This document shows, one piece after another, positions 50,651 through 61,033 of a stretch of DNA of 64,000 bases. A program made the position numbers and the translations under genes. The first letter of the stretch is position 1; every line of letters begins with the position of its first letter. The notes beneath the pieces were generated by a model that searched no databases, was not told the origin of the DNA, and saw only the letters and a list, made by a program, of their open reading frames with translations. Source of the DNA: a virus; IMG/VR virus record IMGVR_UViG_3300037325_000203; one strand, written 5' to 3'.

Positions 50651-51593
50651 GTTTTTCGGAATTTAAATATTCATACGGGTTTTTGGAAAACCCCTTATAT
50701 ACCACACCCAGGCCTAATATTTTAGTTCTTTGATTTACAAGGTATTTAATATACCCTTCTGTACTTTCCTGCGAAATCCCAAGAATTCTGTCTCCATAAA
50801 TTTCCTTACCCCATTCTATTTCTTGCTCAGCAGCCGCCATAAGATTATCAAGTATGATTTTTCTATCATCTTCATTATTCATGTCGAATACTTCTCGAAT
50901 AATGTTTGCAAAAAAGTTTACATGGGTTACCTCATCATTCTCGATATATTTGATCATCTTTGCAACATTAGCAACTTTGTTTCTAGAGGCTAGCTGATAG
51001 AAGAACTGAAACCCATTATAGAAATAAATCCCTTCTAATGCATAATCTGCTGCAATGGCATTCTTATAGTTAGCTAACGACTTGTCGTTACTAAATTTCT
51101 GAAACTGGCCGGCAATAAACTTGTTACGCTTCAGCAGCATAGGATTATTGCGCCAGTAGTTGTAAATTTCTTCGCGCTCTGTGTTAGGAAATAATTCCTG
51201 TAATAGATACTGATACGACTGAGAGTGAATCAGTTCCTGGAATGCCTGTATAGTAAACAACGCACTTACTTCCGGAGCAGTAATATAGTCCGAAATATTA
51301 GGAAGGTTTGCTACTTGCATACTATCTAGTGCAATCAGAAATGAAAGTGTATTCTTAAATGCTTCCATTTCGTCTTTTGTAAGTTCCTTAATAGTAACTT
51401 TGTCGTCTACTAGAGAAACTTTTTCCGGTATCCAAAAATTGTTCACCATGATCTTATATAACTTGGTTGCCCATACATACTTAACACTATTCAGGTTAAG
51501 TATGCCAGTGGCCGAGCCATTGATCATTTGTCTAGCTGTCGGTGAGTCATCACCGAACTCGTTGAAAATAGTTTTATGTGTTAGTTCGTTCAT
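50577..51593 (-). CDS. nrdB: Ribonucleotide reductase class Ia beta subunit
   Basis: FWIPE, DSMQ, QELIHSQSY, LEGIYFYNGF, DEVTH, NFFE. Confidence 0.96.
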   Translation of the reverse strand: MNELTHKTIFNEFGDDSPTARQMINGSATGILNLNSVKYVWATKLYKIMVNNFWIPEKVSLVDDKVTIKELTKDEMEAFKNTLSFLIALDSMQVANLPNISDYITAPEVSALFTIQAFQELIHSQSYQYLLQELFPNTEREEIYNYWRNNPMLLKRNKFIAGQFQKFSNDKSLANYKNAIAADYALEGIYFYNGFQFFYQLASRNKVANVAKMIKYIENDEVTHVNFFANIIREVFDMNNEDDRKIILDNLMAAAEQEIEWGKEIYGDRILGISQESTEGYIKYLVNQRTKILGLGVVYKGFSKNPYEYLNSEKRENFFETKVTEYSRSEAVDGWDNF

Positions 51594-52236
51594 GCTTTTT
51601 CTTCCCGTATATAAACCCGTCCGGCATTTCGCGTCCGGGCTTTAATTTTGTTATTATCTGACCATTTGTAATCCATTTCCCGCGATCAGGAAATGGGGCC
51701 ATTCCCTCGACCCATCCGATCGGAATTGTATCTTCTAGCCTAAAATACTTGCTTTCTTTACCATTTGTAAACCATTTTGCACCGCCCATACTAGGAGTCA
51801 AACCGCCTCGTAGAATATGATTTCTTTCTGGAAATCTACGCATTGGGTTATTATCCCCACTCATCGCTACAGAAATCTTCTTCTTTGCAGCATCCTTGTG
51901 CATTGGATTTCCTACATCTTTCATCCGAATTGAACAATTTCTAGACATTGCAATCTTAGCACGCTCGTATTGCCTGGAAGATATTCTTCTGTCATTTTTC
52001 TTATTTTCGGTAGCCATCCAGAAAAATGCATTTGATATCTTCCAGTTATTTGGATAAAGTTTATACAATAACCAATGTGCCAAATAATGTTCTTTTGCAG
52101 TTAAAGAAGTTAAATTATTTTCTGTATCAACGCCATTCATGCATCTTGGAATAATGTGATGCTTTTCAAAATAATCTAATTTTCTGCCTTTCTTACCCCT
52201 CAAACAAATTGTATCATATATCTTTTTATAGTCCAT
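51574..52236 (-). mobile_element. HNH homing endonuclease (MobE-like position, between nrdA and nrdB)
   Basis: EKHHIIPRC, NL..LTAKEHYLAHWLL, NPM and KWxTNG DNA-binding repeats. Confidence 0.9.
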
Positions 52237-52280
52237 ATTACCCCGCGCATTATAAACTATTTATCTATGTGCGGGATAAT
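52237..52280 (-). promoter_or_regulatory. RBS-sequestering hairpin with a late-promoter motif in its loop
   Basis: AUUAUCCCGCACAU / AUGCGCGGGGUAAU, 13 of 14 paired; GATAAATA at 52258-52265; ATG follows directly. Confidence 0.8.
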
Positions 52281-52783
52281 CAGCCACTACACGCGACACA
52301 ATTTTCTTCCTCTGTTTTAATCACAGAATCAATTGTAGCATTGGCTTTAATTGTTCTAATATAGTAAATTGACTTGATTCCTTTACGATGTGCGTAATGT
52401 ATTGCATCGTATAATTGCTTTGCTGTAAAACTCTCATTACGTTGATCGAATATTAACTCCATAGAGCACCCTGTATCAATAAATTTCTGCAATTCGGAAA
52501 CGACATCGATAATTTCTGTTGCCGTATGCTTTGGAAATGTTTTACCGTATGCAATAGGATTATCTTTAAGAAATTTTGCAACAACTACAAGTTTACCATT
52601 CTTGTTATCTTCTGAAAAGAAGGAATCATAAACAGGTAAGATACTTGCACTAGAGTCCATATAGATCGAAGTACTTGTATTATGACTTACTATGCCATTT
52701 CCCATAAAATACGCATGAGAAGATGGAACTTCAAAATCTGCTGTCGGAATAGTCATTCCTTTTTCTATTTTTTTAATTTTCAT
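52280..52783 (-). CDS. nrdA: Split-intein C fragment (35 aa) fused to the NrdA C-terminal part
   Basis: MKIKKI...ADFEV...GIVSHN followed by TSTS...; extein has QKFIDTG.S, SIYYIR and C-terminal CVAC. Confidence 0.95.
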   Translation of the reverse strand: MKIKKIEKGMTIPTADFEVPSSHAYFMGNGIVSHNTSTSIYMDSSASILPVYDSFFSEDNKNGKLVVVAKFLKDNPIAYGKTFPKHTATEIIDVVSELQKFIDTGCSMELIFDQRNESFTAKQLYDAIHYAHRKGIKSIYYIRTIKANATIDSVIKTEEENCVACSG

Positions 52784-54023
52784 TTATAAAATTCCCCAGT
52801 TTATTAAATATGTATTGTTCTTGCATGGGTAAACTAAGCACTTCCCACACATGAATTATGTCGAATCCGTTCTTTACTGCTATGTCACGTTTTAGCTCAT
52901 CGTTATTATATTGTTCATCGGCCGATTTACCAAAGGGTGTTCTCCATGTTGTCCATTCTGCGTCAGATAATCCGAGCTTGTACGGGTGCCAAACTTTTCC
53001 GTTATATTCTACAATTAATTTCATAGACGGTATGCAAAAATCATACAACTTCGGTAATTTAGATTTATCATTGTATAACATTAATTCCTCGCTATCACCT
53101 ACACCCCATTTTATATCATTTCTATTAATGCCATGCCTTCTTAGGTATTTGTATATAGGTAATAAAAATTTAAATGCTGCTTTGGACGATTTATGCCGTT
53201 TTGTTCTATTAAATCCTGCTCTTGCAAATATTATTTCTCTTGCTCTCTCAATTCCGTGTGTTTTAGCCAACGATTCAAATTTACCACTCTCAGATCGTTT
53301 TAAATTAATATTATTATATTCGTCTAACGTATTATTGAATACATGACCGGCGCGTGATGAGGAAAATGAATTTCTATCATTCTTACTGTTGTATAACTTC
53401 GTGCCTTGTTCTTTACCGAATTTTTCTACATAGTATTCCAGTGTATTACTATAAGATACCCTATCACAAAACTGTTTATATTTTACCGGGCCATCACTTA
53501 CACCGTACCTTCTTGTGAATGACGGCAGATTGCCCGCAGTTTCAGTCTTAATCTTTGCTATCTTTTCTACAGCAGTCTCTACTGAATACCCCAAATTAAT
53601 CCATGTACTTATGTCATACGAATTAGGTGGTTTATTTTTGCACTTTGCCTGCGCAATCGGCGCATCCTCGTCAAAGTAATCATTGAAGAATAATGATGTA
53701 TTACATTCGTGGTTGCCTTGTCGTTTAAAGAATAAAGCATTAACCCATGCACGAGATATGCGCAATGTATTCATGCCATATTTAATATATATTTTAAAAA
53801 TAGTTGCAAGGTTGTATGATGTGTATTCATTGTGATATAAACCCATGAATAAATCTCGGGCTTGAGATTCTATGTAAGTAGACAGTATTATACCACGTGC
53901 ATTTAAATATCCACTCAGAGATTCTAATTTTTCAAAAGAAAAATTAGAATCTCTCCTGACACATTTTAAAAAATTAGACCCCGAAATTTTATATATCTTA
54001 TTATCGTATTTTACAACTGACAT
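52773..54023 (-). mobile_element. Free-standing Vsr/DUF559-like endonuclease between the two nrdA halves
   Basis: YDF...LIVEYNG..WH...D..K..IA..NGF.IIHVWE; KxG repeats. Confidence 0.82.
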
Positions 54024-54042
54024 GCCCGGCTTCCAATACTTG

Positions 54043-56214
54043 TCAGTTATTTATCATATTTATGTCGACTATTTCCATCTCTTCCGTCATATTTTCCACT
54101 TTAATCCATTGGTTGCCGTCATTTGTTTTAACCAATAGCATATGATTGGGTGTGAATGAATATGTAATCCCGTCCTCGAATGTAATATCTGTGGTCTCTT
54201 GTATTCCGTTCCACCAAATTCTTTCAACAAATTCAGTGTCGCCTTTCGGTGTGTTAACTTCGACAGGTAATTTTAATTCTATCCAATGCTGTGGCAACTC
54301 TATCAACTCGTGTATCTTCAAACCATCATTCTCTAATATCTGTCTAATGGTTGTTAGTCCAGCAATAGTCATTACCTTGTCGTCTAACGAATGGCAATTT
54401 GGAGCAGGGCTTGTTAATTGACTATTACGCATACCATGTACATCTATCTCGGACTGTAATGCTTTCCAGTCATACTTACCGGAAGCATGTTCTGCAAACT
54501 GGCTAATTCGATTTCCGTTTTTCCACTCAGAAGATTCGAACGCACCAAACGACCCGAATCTCTTAGATAACTCTATACTGGATAACACTGCATGATATTC
54601 CACGCACTCTGCAATTTGCCTAATATAGTCTAGGTCTCTGAAATTCATGTACTCCCTGGCAAGGTGGTCGTGCAAACCTTGCAAGCCAATGCCAATTGTT
54701 CTATATCTGTTGTTATGAGCGTGAGTTACAAGATCAGGTGCGCTAGTCAGGCTGATGCCATAATCCAATATACGTGTTGTTAATTCAGAAACTTTACCTA
54801 ATTCTTTAAAATCTTTAATGTTGCCTAATACAATAGAAGCTAGATTACAAACATGGCCTAACTCGTCCGGTTTAACATTAGAAAAGGACTCTGTGCATAA
54901 ATTTACACAAGGAATACCGATGTGACCGTTAGTATCTCCCTTATTCGGATTATACTCGTTGATGGTGTCAGTGAATGCAATGTATGGTAGACCAGTTTCG
55001 AACTGTATACGCATTATAATTTTCATCAGATCACGGGCATTATCGAATTTTCGAGTTACGATTAGTTTACCTTCCTTGGCAGCTGATTCAATTTTAAGGT
55101 ATGCTTCTGTAAATGCAGAACCATACATTCCGCGAACATCAATACCTAATTTTTTCTTAACCTCATACGGGCAAAAGGTATGCCATTCTCCCCTGTTAAG
55201 ATCTCTTTCCATGAAAATGTCTGGAATTGTAACCTGGGGAAACACGTCGTATGCCTTCATTCTCGGGTCACCGTGTTCTGTTTGCATATCCAAGAAGTCA
55301 AGCACATCATTATGCCAGATAGGAAGTGCTATAGTTCCTGCACCAGCCCGCTTACCACCCTGATTAACTGCAACTAACGTATCATTGAGAATTTTGACCC
55401 ACTGAACAACTGTTCCTGCTGCATTCTGATAACCATTTACATCTGCGCCCTTGGCTCGGAGATATCCTAGGAATAAACCTATGCCGCCCCCGTTCTTAGA
55501 AATTAATGCAACACGCTTGATATTATCAAAAATACTGTCTATATCGTCTTCTATAGCAATAATAAAACAAGATGCAACGTTTCCTCCCTTTCTAAGATTA
55601 GATAGGAAAGGTGTTGCTAAAGAAATCTTACGCAGAGAAAGCGCATTATATACTTCCTTTACGAATTTTAACCTAGTCTCTACTGGTTCTAATTGACCGA
55701 ATCGCATTGCATTGACCATATGCATATGTTGATTTAGTTCATGCTTACCTAAATATTTTTTCTTTGCAGTAATGAGACTTGCATAACTATGATCCAAGTC
55801 TCGATTCATTTTAATCGACGAACTTAGCTCCTCTATATCTACGTCTGTATAGAACTCTAAAAGTTCCGATGAGTAATGTCTATTCTTAACATTATAATGA
55901 ACCACTTCTTTAAAGGACTTTCCGCGAAGTGTAAAGTTTGCCCATTCATCCATCGCTAGTGCGCGGCCAGCGACATTCACCCAGTCCGGTGCCGAAGGCG
56001 AAGCAAGCTGTATTGCGTGCTGAATTACATTCAGTTGAATATCACGCGTCTTTATACCTGGCTTTAGAAACTGATCAAACTTGGATTCAAGTTCTAAAGG
56101 ATTAACATCCTGTCCTTCTGCTGCCATTTGTATAGATTTCTTAATCTTAGAAACATCATAAGGCTCTTTCGTACCGTCACGTTTCTCTACCATTATTTCT
56201 CTAACTGTTGCCAT
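54043..56214 (-). CDS. nrdA: NrdA N-terminal part (ATP cone and catalytic core) fused to the split-intein N fragment (117 aa from 54396)
   Basis: VEKRDG cone, SCF, NLCTE, VCNLASI, SPAPN followed by CHSLDD; intein block B FTPNH. Confidence 0.95.
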   Translation of the reverse strand: MATVREIMVEKRDGTKEPYDVSKIKKSIQMAAEGQDVNPLELESKFDQFLKPGIKTRDIQLNVIQHAIQLASPSAPDWVNVAGRALAMDEWANFTLRGKSFKEVVHYNVKNRHYSSELLEFYTDVDIEELSSSIKMNRDLDHSYASLITAKKKYLGKHELNQHMHMVNAMRFGQLEPVETRLKFVKEVYNALSLRKISLATPFLSNLRKGGNVASCFIIAIEDDIDSIFDNIKRVALISKNGGGIGLFLGYLRAKGADVNGYQNAAGTVVQWVKILNDTLVAVNQGGKRAGAGTIALPIWHNDVLDFLDMQTEHGDPRMKAYDVFPQVTIPDIFMERDLNRGEWHTFCPYEVKKKLGIDVRGMYGSAFTEAYLKIESAAKEGKLIVTRKFDNARDLMKIIMRIQFETGLPYIAFTDTINEYNPNKGDTNGHIGIPCVNLCTESFSNVKPDELGHVCNLASIVLGNIKDFKELGKVSELTTRILDYGISLTSAPDLVTHAHNNRYRTIGIGLQGLHDHLAREYMNFRDLDYIRQIAECVEYHAVLSSIELSKRFGSFGAFESSEWKNGNRISQFAEHASGKYDWKALQSEIDVHGMRNSQLTSPAPNCHSLDDKVMTIAGLTTIRQILENDGLKIHELIELPQHWIELKLPVEVNTPKGDTEFVERIWWNGIQETTDITFEDGITYSFTPNHMLLVKTNDGNQWIKVENMTEEMEIVDINMINN

Positions 56215-56227
56215 GTACCTGTTCTCT

Positions 56228-56665
56228 CTATGTTATTACTTTTATTTCATTCCTCGAAAATCTTCTTAGAATCTCGACACTACCTTGTATCTCCGGGTAC
56301 ATATTTACCTTGCCTAATTCGTAATTCAAAATATATCGATTACCAATGATGGGCAAAAGAAATATCCCATCTACGTCTTGTACCAAAATCAAGTCAATAT
56401 CGACATATTCCGTTGACATAGCTATGGTATAGAACATGAGTATGCTTATGGAACTTGTGCAGAATAATCCGTGATGCAGGATCTCCCAAGGAGTGGGCCA
56501 GTCTTTTGGACTATAGTAATCGACGGATCTAGAACCGAATGGTATATGGGCGCAAAATTTGGCAACTTCTTCTAGCTGTTCTTGTTGCTCCATAGCCTGT
56601 ATAGATATTCTAAGCTTTTTCCAAAGATTAAGACGCTCGGCGTCGGGTATAGATGCCCAAATCAT
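56228..56665 (-). CDS. Hypothetical protein
   Basis: WPTPWEIL...FC segment. Confidence 0.6.
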   Translation of the reverse strand: MIWASIPDAERLNLWKKLRISIQAMEQQEQLEEVAKFCAHIPFGSRSVDYYSPKDWPTPWEILHHGLFCTSSISILMFYTIAMSTEYVDIDLILVQDVDGIFLLPIIGNRYILNYELGKVNMYPEIQGSVEILRRFSRNEIKVIT

Positions 56666-56725
56666 TCTGTTTTAATTTTGTTAGAGTAGGTAGGAAAGTA
56701 TGTCATGTATTTGTATGTGATGTAT

Positions 56726-57391
56726 TTAGTCGAAACCGAACCTGTCATAATATGAGTATAGTCTGTTTGCCCACATTGTTTCGAACCTCCTGAACTCGCT
56801 GCCTTCGATTACAAACTCTTGATACTTTGCATCGCGAGTAGCAATCATTACAACACCCTTAGCTATATTGGTTCCATACATTTCATTATGCGACATGGCA
56901 TATGCTGTTAACTGCATGAAATAATCATCAATCCATTCTTTTTTCTTATCTCTGAGGCTGTTCTTAAAGTCAATTACGGCAGGAATGTTATTATGAAGAC
57001 CTGTTACATCGGTGGTACCTGCATAGAGTCCAGTGGAGTATAGCGCAACTTCTGACCCCCATATTTCATTCACATTACGCATACCATTTTTGATAATCAC
57101 ATTTGCCAGCGCCTTGGACATAAGTGTCCCTGTCATGGGCACACCCGTAATGTAATTTTCCAGATTTTTATGCATCCCGTTTCCTAGGTTGCTTGCAGTG
57201 GTTTTTATTTTTTCTGCTTCCACTTCGCCCACTCGTTCTACCCACGCTTTTAGGTGAGTTAAATCTTTCATCTTACTAAGTATGGTTGTGACGCTGGGAA
57301 GTGCCCGATCTTCACCTACTATATAGCGTCTTCCGTTTGGACTATTAATTCTGTTTAATGGTTTGTAATCGTATTTTTGTTGTATGAGCAT
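56726..57391 (-). CDS. PD-(D/E)XK exonuclease
   Basis: LPSVTTIL, G..MH, YAGTTD, IDFK, QL.AY; TTGACT-17-TATACT at 57398-57426. Confidence 0.9.
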   Translation of the reverse strand: MLIQQKYDYKPLNRINSPNGRRYIVGEDRALPSVTTILSKMKDLTHLKAWVERVGEVEAEKIKTTASNLGNGMHKNLENYITGVPMTGTLMSKALANVIIKNGMRNVNEIWGSEVALYSTGLYAGTTDVTGLHNNIPAVIDFKNSLRDKKKEWIDDYFMQLTAYAMSHNEMYGTNIAKGVVMIATRDAKYQEFVIEGSEFRRFETMWANRLYSYYDRFGFD

Positions 57392-57430
57392 TGGCTAAGT
57401 ATAACAGAAAGAGTATCCATAGTCAAAATC

Positions 57431-58855
57431 TTACCAGCAAATTTTCCACTGAATAGTATTGTTAGTAGCGGGATTAGTCTGGATAATAACAGAATACCCG
57501 AGACGCTTAAAATATGAAACTACCTGGTTTATTTGCAACTGTATTGGTTTATTTGTCACAGTGCCTGCCCATGTTTGCCAATATGCAGACGGCGTCGTTC
57601 CCCGCGTATTTTCTGCAACTCGAATGGCTACATGCGCTGGATTAATCGGAGGATTGGGGAGTTCTGCTGTCGGTGGGTTAAATACCGTTCCAATCGCACC
57701 CTGCGTGTATCCAGTGCCGGGTGTTAAGAGTGTGATAGATGAAACAGAATTACCACTTAGTACGACTCGAGTAGTGGCACCAATACCAGGATCGGATATT
57801 ACTAAGTAAGGAGGGTACACAGCATATCCTGCGCCGGTGTTAGATACGATTACTCCGGATATGGAGCCGTTCGTGTTAGTTATTACAGTCCCCATAAACC
57901 CGGTTCCAAGAGGATAGTTTAGTAGTGGTGTAAGTGATGACGTAATTCTGACTTCAGTAACGCTGGGCTGATAACCAGTCCCTGGATTAATAATAGCTAT
58001 TGCTAAAATTTCTCCGATCATACTAACAGACGTTATGGTGAATATTGCGGTTGTATATGCAGAATTTGGCGACACTGCTCTGGTTGCGGTCACAGTGTCG
58101 GCTAGTGTATAACCGGTTCCGCCGTTAGGTATGCTGATACCCGCAATCTGCCCAGATGCATTAACTAACGGAATCAACAGGGATCCAGTACCTGTTGATG
58201 ACGATGCAGTCATTGTGGCTGCAACCGGAGTATATCCTAGCCCAGCATTTGTAACATTAATACTAATAATGTTCCCGCCGTTTGTAGTAACGACCCCTGT
58301 AGCAACAGCAGAAGGTGTTACACCTATGGCAGGCACAAATTCTAAAGAAGGAACATCTTGAAAATACTCAGAACCGCCGCCGAATTGTACGCCAGAGGCA
58401 TACGAGTATATAGCTACTTCGTCGAGTACACTTAGTGGATTTGCAAATGTGATTTGATTTGACCCAGTCACTGTATATAATAATCCTTCTACTTGCATTA
58501 GCCCATTAACAAAGACAACCAAATATGAAATATTGCTAGAGATCGGTACTGTAGAAATTATTGTATTAAATACTGTCTGAGCAGCAACGGCAATGATTAG
58601 TTGATATGTAGGCGCTGCACCCGGTGTTGCATTGCCTATATCGATACCTAGTATGCCGTCCACAAATGTCATCGGTGTTGTTCCACCAACTGTGGTACAC
58701 ATTTGGCCACCGGGTACAGAGCACAAACTAGATGCCGACAGTATGGCCTGCTGGATCATGCAGATCTCTTCCCATACAACTGGGAGATTTGTAGCCAACT
58801 GCTCCATCTGAGCAGCAGTGGGGAATCCGTACCCCGGGGAGCAGCAATCAGCCAT
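57431..58855 (-). CDS. Virion structural protein with repeated I.I.N.G.GY beta motifs
   Basis: Six or more repeats such as INVTNAGLGY and IINPGTGY. Confidence 0.75.
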   Translation of the reverse strand: MADCCSPGYGFPTAAQMEQLATNLPVVWEEICMIQQAILSASSLCSVPGGQMCTTVGGTTPMTFVDGILGIDIGNATPGAAPTYQLIIAVAAQTVFNTIISTVPISSNISYLVVFVNGLMQVEGLLYTVTGSNQITFANPLSVLDEVAIYSYASGVQFGGGSEYFQDVPSLEFVPAIGVTPSAVATGVVTTNGGNIISINVTNAGLGYTPVAATMTASSSTGTGSLLIPLVNASGQIAGISIPNGGTGYTLADTVTATRAVSPNSAYTTAIFTITSVSMIGEILAIAIINPGTGYQPSVTEVRITSSLTPLLNYPLGTGFMGTVITNTNGSISGVIVSNTGAGYAVYPPYLVISDPGIGATTRVVLSGNSVSSITLLTPGTGYTQGAIGTVFNPPTAELPNPPINPAHVAIRVAENTRGTTPSAYWQTWAGTVTNKPIQLQINQVVSYFKRLGYSVIIQTNPATNNTIQWKICW

Positions 58856-58859
58856 TTTT

Positions 58860-59183
58860 TTATCCTATTTTTGTAGCCTTCTGTGCCATATCAGTTACCT
58901 GAGCAGCACTGTCCTGGGTTTGTTGACTTTGGTCTGCACCGGCGACCGACGGCGATGCAAGCTCAACAGTATCTGGAGTAACATTCATAACCATTGGGTT
59001 CGAAGTAAGCATGGGAATTACACTCTGTATACTTACGGAATATCCGGAGCTATAAAGTTGATTTACCAAATCTACAGTGTTGATGCTTGTAGATCCATTT
59101 GCTTTTGCTGCTACGAGAAGATTATTCAAATCTGACTGTAAACTAGCATTGTAATCTTCCCCTAATATTTCTCGTGCTCTCAT
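58860..59183 (-). CDS. Hypothetical head-associated protein
   Basis: MRAREILGE start, coupled to the upstream gene. Confidence 0.6.
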   Translation of the reverse strand: MRAREILGEDYNASLQSDLNNLLVAAKANGSTSINTVDLVNQLYSSGYSVSIQSVIPMLTSNPMVMNVTPDTVELASPSVAGADQSQQTQDSAAQVTDMAQKATKIG

Positions 59184-60538
59184 TTGCCCGAACTGATATT
59201 AGATTTCATTCTCGAGGCCCCGCCTGCGTTCCTAATTATTATTGCGTCATCCGACATTTCTTTTAGTGATCTGGCTTTGTCAACCAGTCGCTTCATTTCT
59301 GTGATCTTTGCCTGCAATGCGGATTCTTTCATAGCACGGCCGAGTGGTTCTTCCCCAGCGGCACCGCCAAATTCGTCATCCGATGCCATGTCCAGATCGC
59401 CTTCGATATTATCCAAGTCAGCATCCATCGAAACATCGTCCATCCCGCCATCCATCCCGCCATCCATCCCATCGTCAACCGGCAGATCCATGTCTGTTGG
59501 TGCACTGAATTGTCCGGTTGTTGCCATATTAGTAACTGCATCATCGACTTGCCCTTTCGCTGTGTACAACGAATCCATAACGTTCTGAAGTGCTCCGTAG
59601 ATTTGTGTTTGGAATGCTGATGCCGATCGCATTCCGTATGTTTCTCTCATTTGATCGGTCACAGGGGGTAGATCCTCGTTTTGTAGACGACCAATTTTTT
59701 CTACCATCTCTTGCAACTCCCGAGCAAAACCCTTTGCTGCCATCATTACTTCGGCTTGACTAACCTCGGTCTCCAGGAGACGACGTAGGTTTTTTACTAA
59801 GTTGACTTGTTCTTTCATTTTTTTTCCTTCGTTTTGTGGAATCATGCCCTGTGTGCGCTTTATTTTTTGAAGTTCAAAAGGATCTGGGACATATCTGCCT
59901 TGTGCGTTCTTTACCATCGATACAGTTTCGCCTGTACTCAGAGTGTCTTTTCCAGTTTTACGCATGCGCTCCTGATCGGCCATGTCGCTGTGCCATTCGT
60001 ACTCGTCTCCGGATTTTTCTTCTAATCCTGCCATCGGCGCTGGCGCCTGCGGGACAACTGGGTCATTCTGCATACCATCAGGCTGGAGTTTTGCCATGGC
60101 GTACTGCCTAACTTGCTGTTCTACCATATCGTCGGGGAAACGATACTGACTCGATCGGTATTCCTCCATGGCGCGGGCCATCGAATGTTCAAAGTCTGAC
60201 TGGTTGCATCCACTAATCTCGAAAGTATGAATCACATATTCAGCTAGGCCATTGATTACAACATCAAATTTCGGGGATTGAAAATGTGTCATGGCAAATT
60301 CGCGTAATGTCTTTAGTCCTTCCAATACTAATAGACGCTTAGAGATTTCAGGGGATGCTTCAGAGTTATCTCCCTTAATCTTAAGATTAATAATTTCTCC
60401 CTCTAGTTGTTCCATAATTAAAACTAAATCTTTATCGCTAGCATTTTCGGAAATTTTAAATCCGTAATTTGCTTCTAGATGCTGATTTATCTTTCTTAAT
60501 GTAGTATTTGGCGTTTTACCGATGTCGTTTAAAAGCAT
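59180..60538 (-). CDS. Putative prohead core/scaffold-like protein
   Basis: Helical, acidic Met-rich linker, LLETEVSQAEV and EPLGR segments, late motif upstream. Confidence 0.55.
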   Translation of the reverse strand: MLLNDIGKTPNTTLRKINQHLEANYGFKISENASDKDLVLIMEQLEGEIINLKIKGDNSEASPEISKRLLVLEGLKTLREFAMTHFQSPKFDVVINGLAEYVIHTFEISGCNQSDFEHSMARAMEEYRSSQYRFPDDMVEQQVRQYAMAKLQPDGMQNDPVVPQAPAPMAGLEEKSGDEYEWHSDMADQERMRKTGKDTLSTGETVSMVKNAQGRYVPDPFELQKIKRTQGMIPQNEGKKMKEQVNLVKNLRRLLETEVSQAEVMMAAKGFARELQEMVEKIGRLQNEDLPPVTDQMRETYGMRSASAFQTQIYGALQNVMDSLYTAKGQVDDAVTNMATTGQFSAPTDMDLPVDDGMDGGMDGGMDDVSMDADLDNIEGDLDMASDDEFGGAAGEEPLGRAMKESALQAKITEMKRLVDKARSLKEMSDDAIIIRNAGGASRMKSNISSGK

Positions 60539-60586
60539 ATACCCTTTCCTGTTAAGTTTTATTTCTACTATTTATCTTTACAGAGC

Positions 60587-61033
60587 CTATTTTAGTCTCT
60601 TGTAAACCGAGATGCCGTCCCGTACAGACTTAGCAGAAGTTTCTGCTAATCTAAATCTATCTTCCAATATAGAAAATTTCTCTGTGTCTTTGTTGCGCCG
60701 AGCACCTTTCATGGCGTGTAAATAAAATACCATATCAGTATGGTACTTGGAAAATCTTTCTTCTAAATATAATATTTTCTTTATGTCAGAATAATGACCG
60801 CGATTGTGATTTTGAGCTACAGTAATTGCAACATCAAACACAGCTATATTTTCATATAACTTTTGTTTACCGAAAGACATTATATCAAACAATCCCTTGT
60901 CATTTTTCCTCACAGACAAGTTTCCCACAATCACAGATTTCTTAGTTATTGCTAATGGCATGCACTCCCGGATGGCAACAGTTACCGCCTTATCAGTGGC
61001 CCTATCTAATTTATCGAGGAGTTCAGATTTCAT
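60587..61033 (-). CDS. Hypothetical protein
   Basis: 148-aa coupled ORF. Confidence 0.6.
   Translation of the reverse strand: MKSELLDKLDRATDKAVTVAIRECMPLAITKKSVIVGNLSVRKNDKGLFDIMSFGKQKLYENIAVFDVAITVAQNHNRGHYSDIKKILYLEERFSKYHTDMVFYLHAMKGARRNKDTEKFSILEDRFRLAETSAKSVRDGISVYKRLK

Noticed and set aside
50577-51593. Metal-free class Ie or variant NrdB
   Set aside because: All six canonical metal ligands and the radical Tyr appear to be present.
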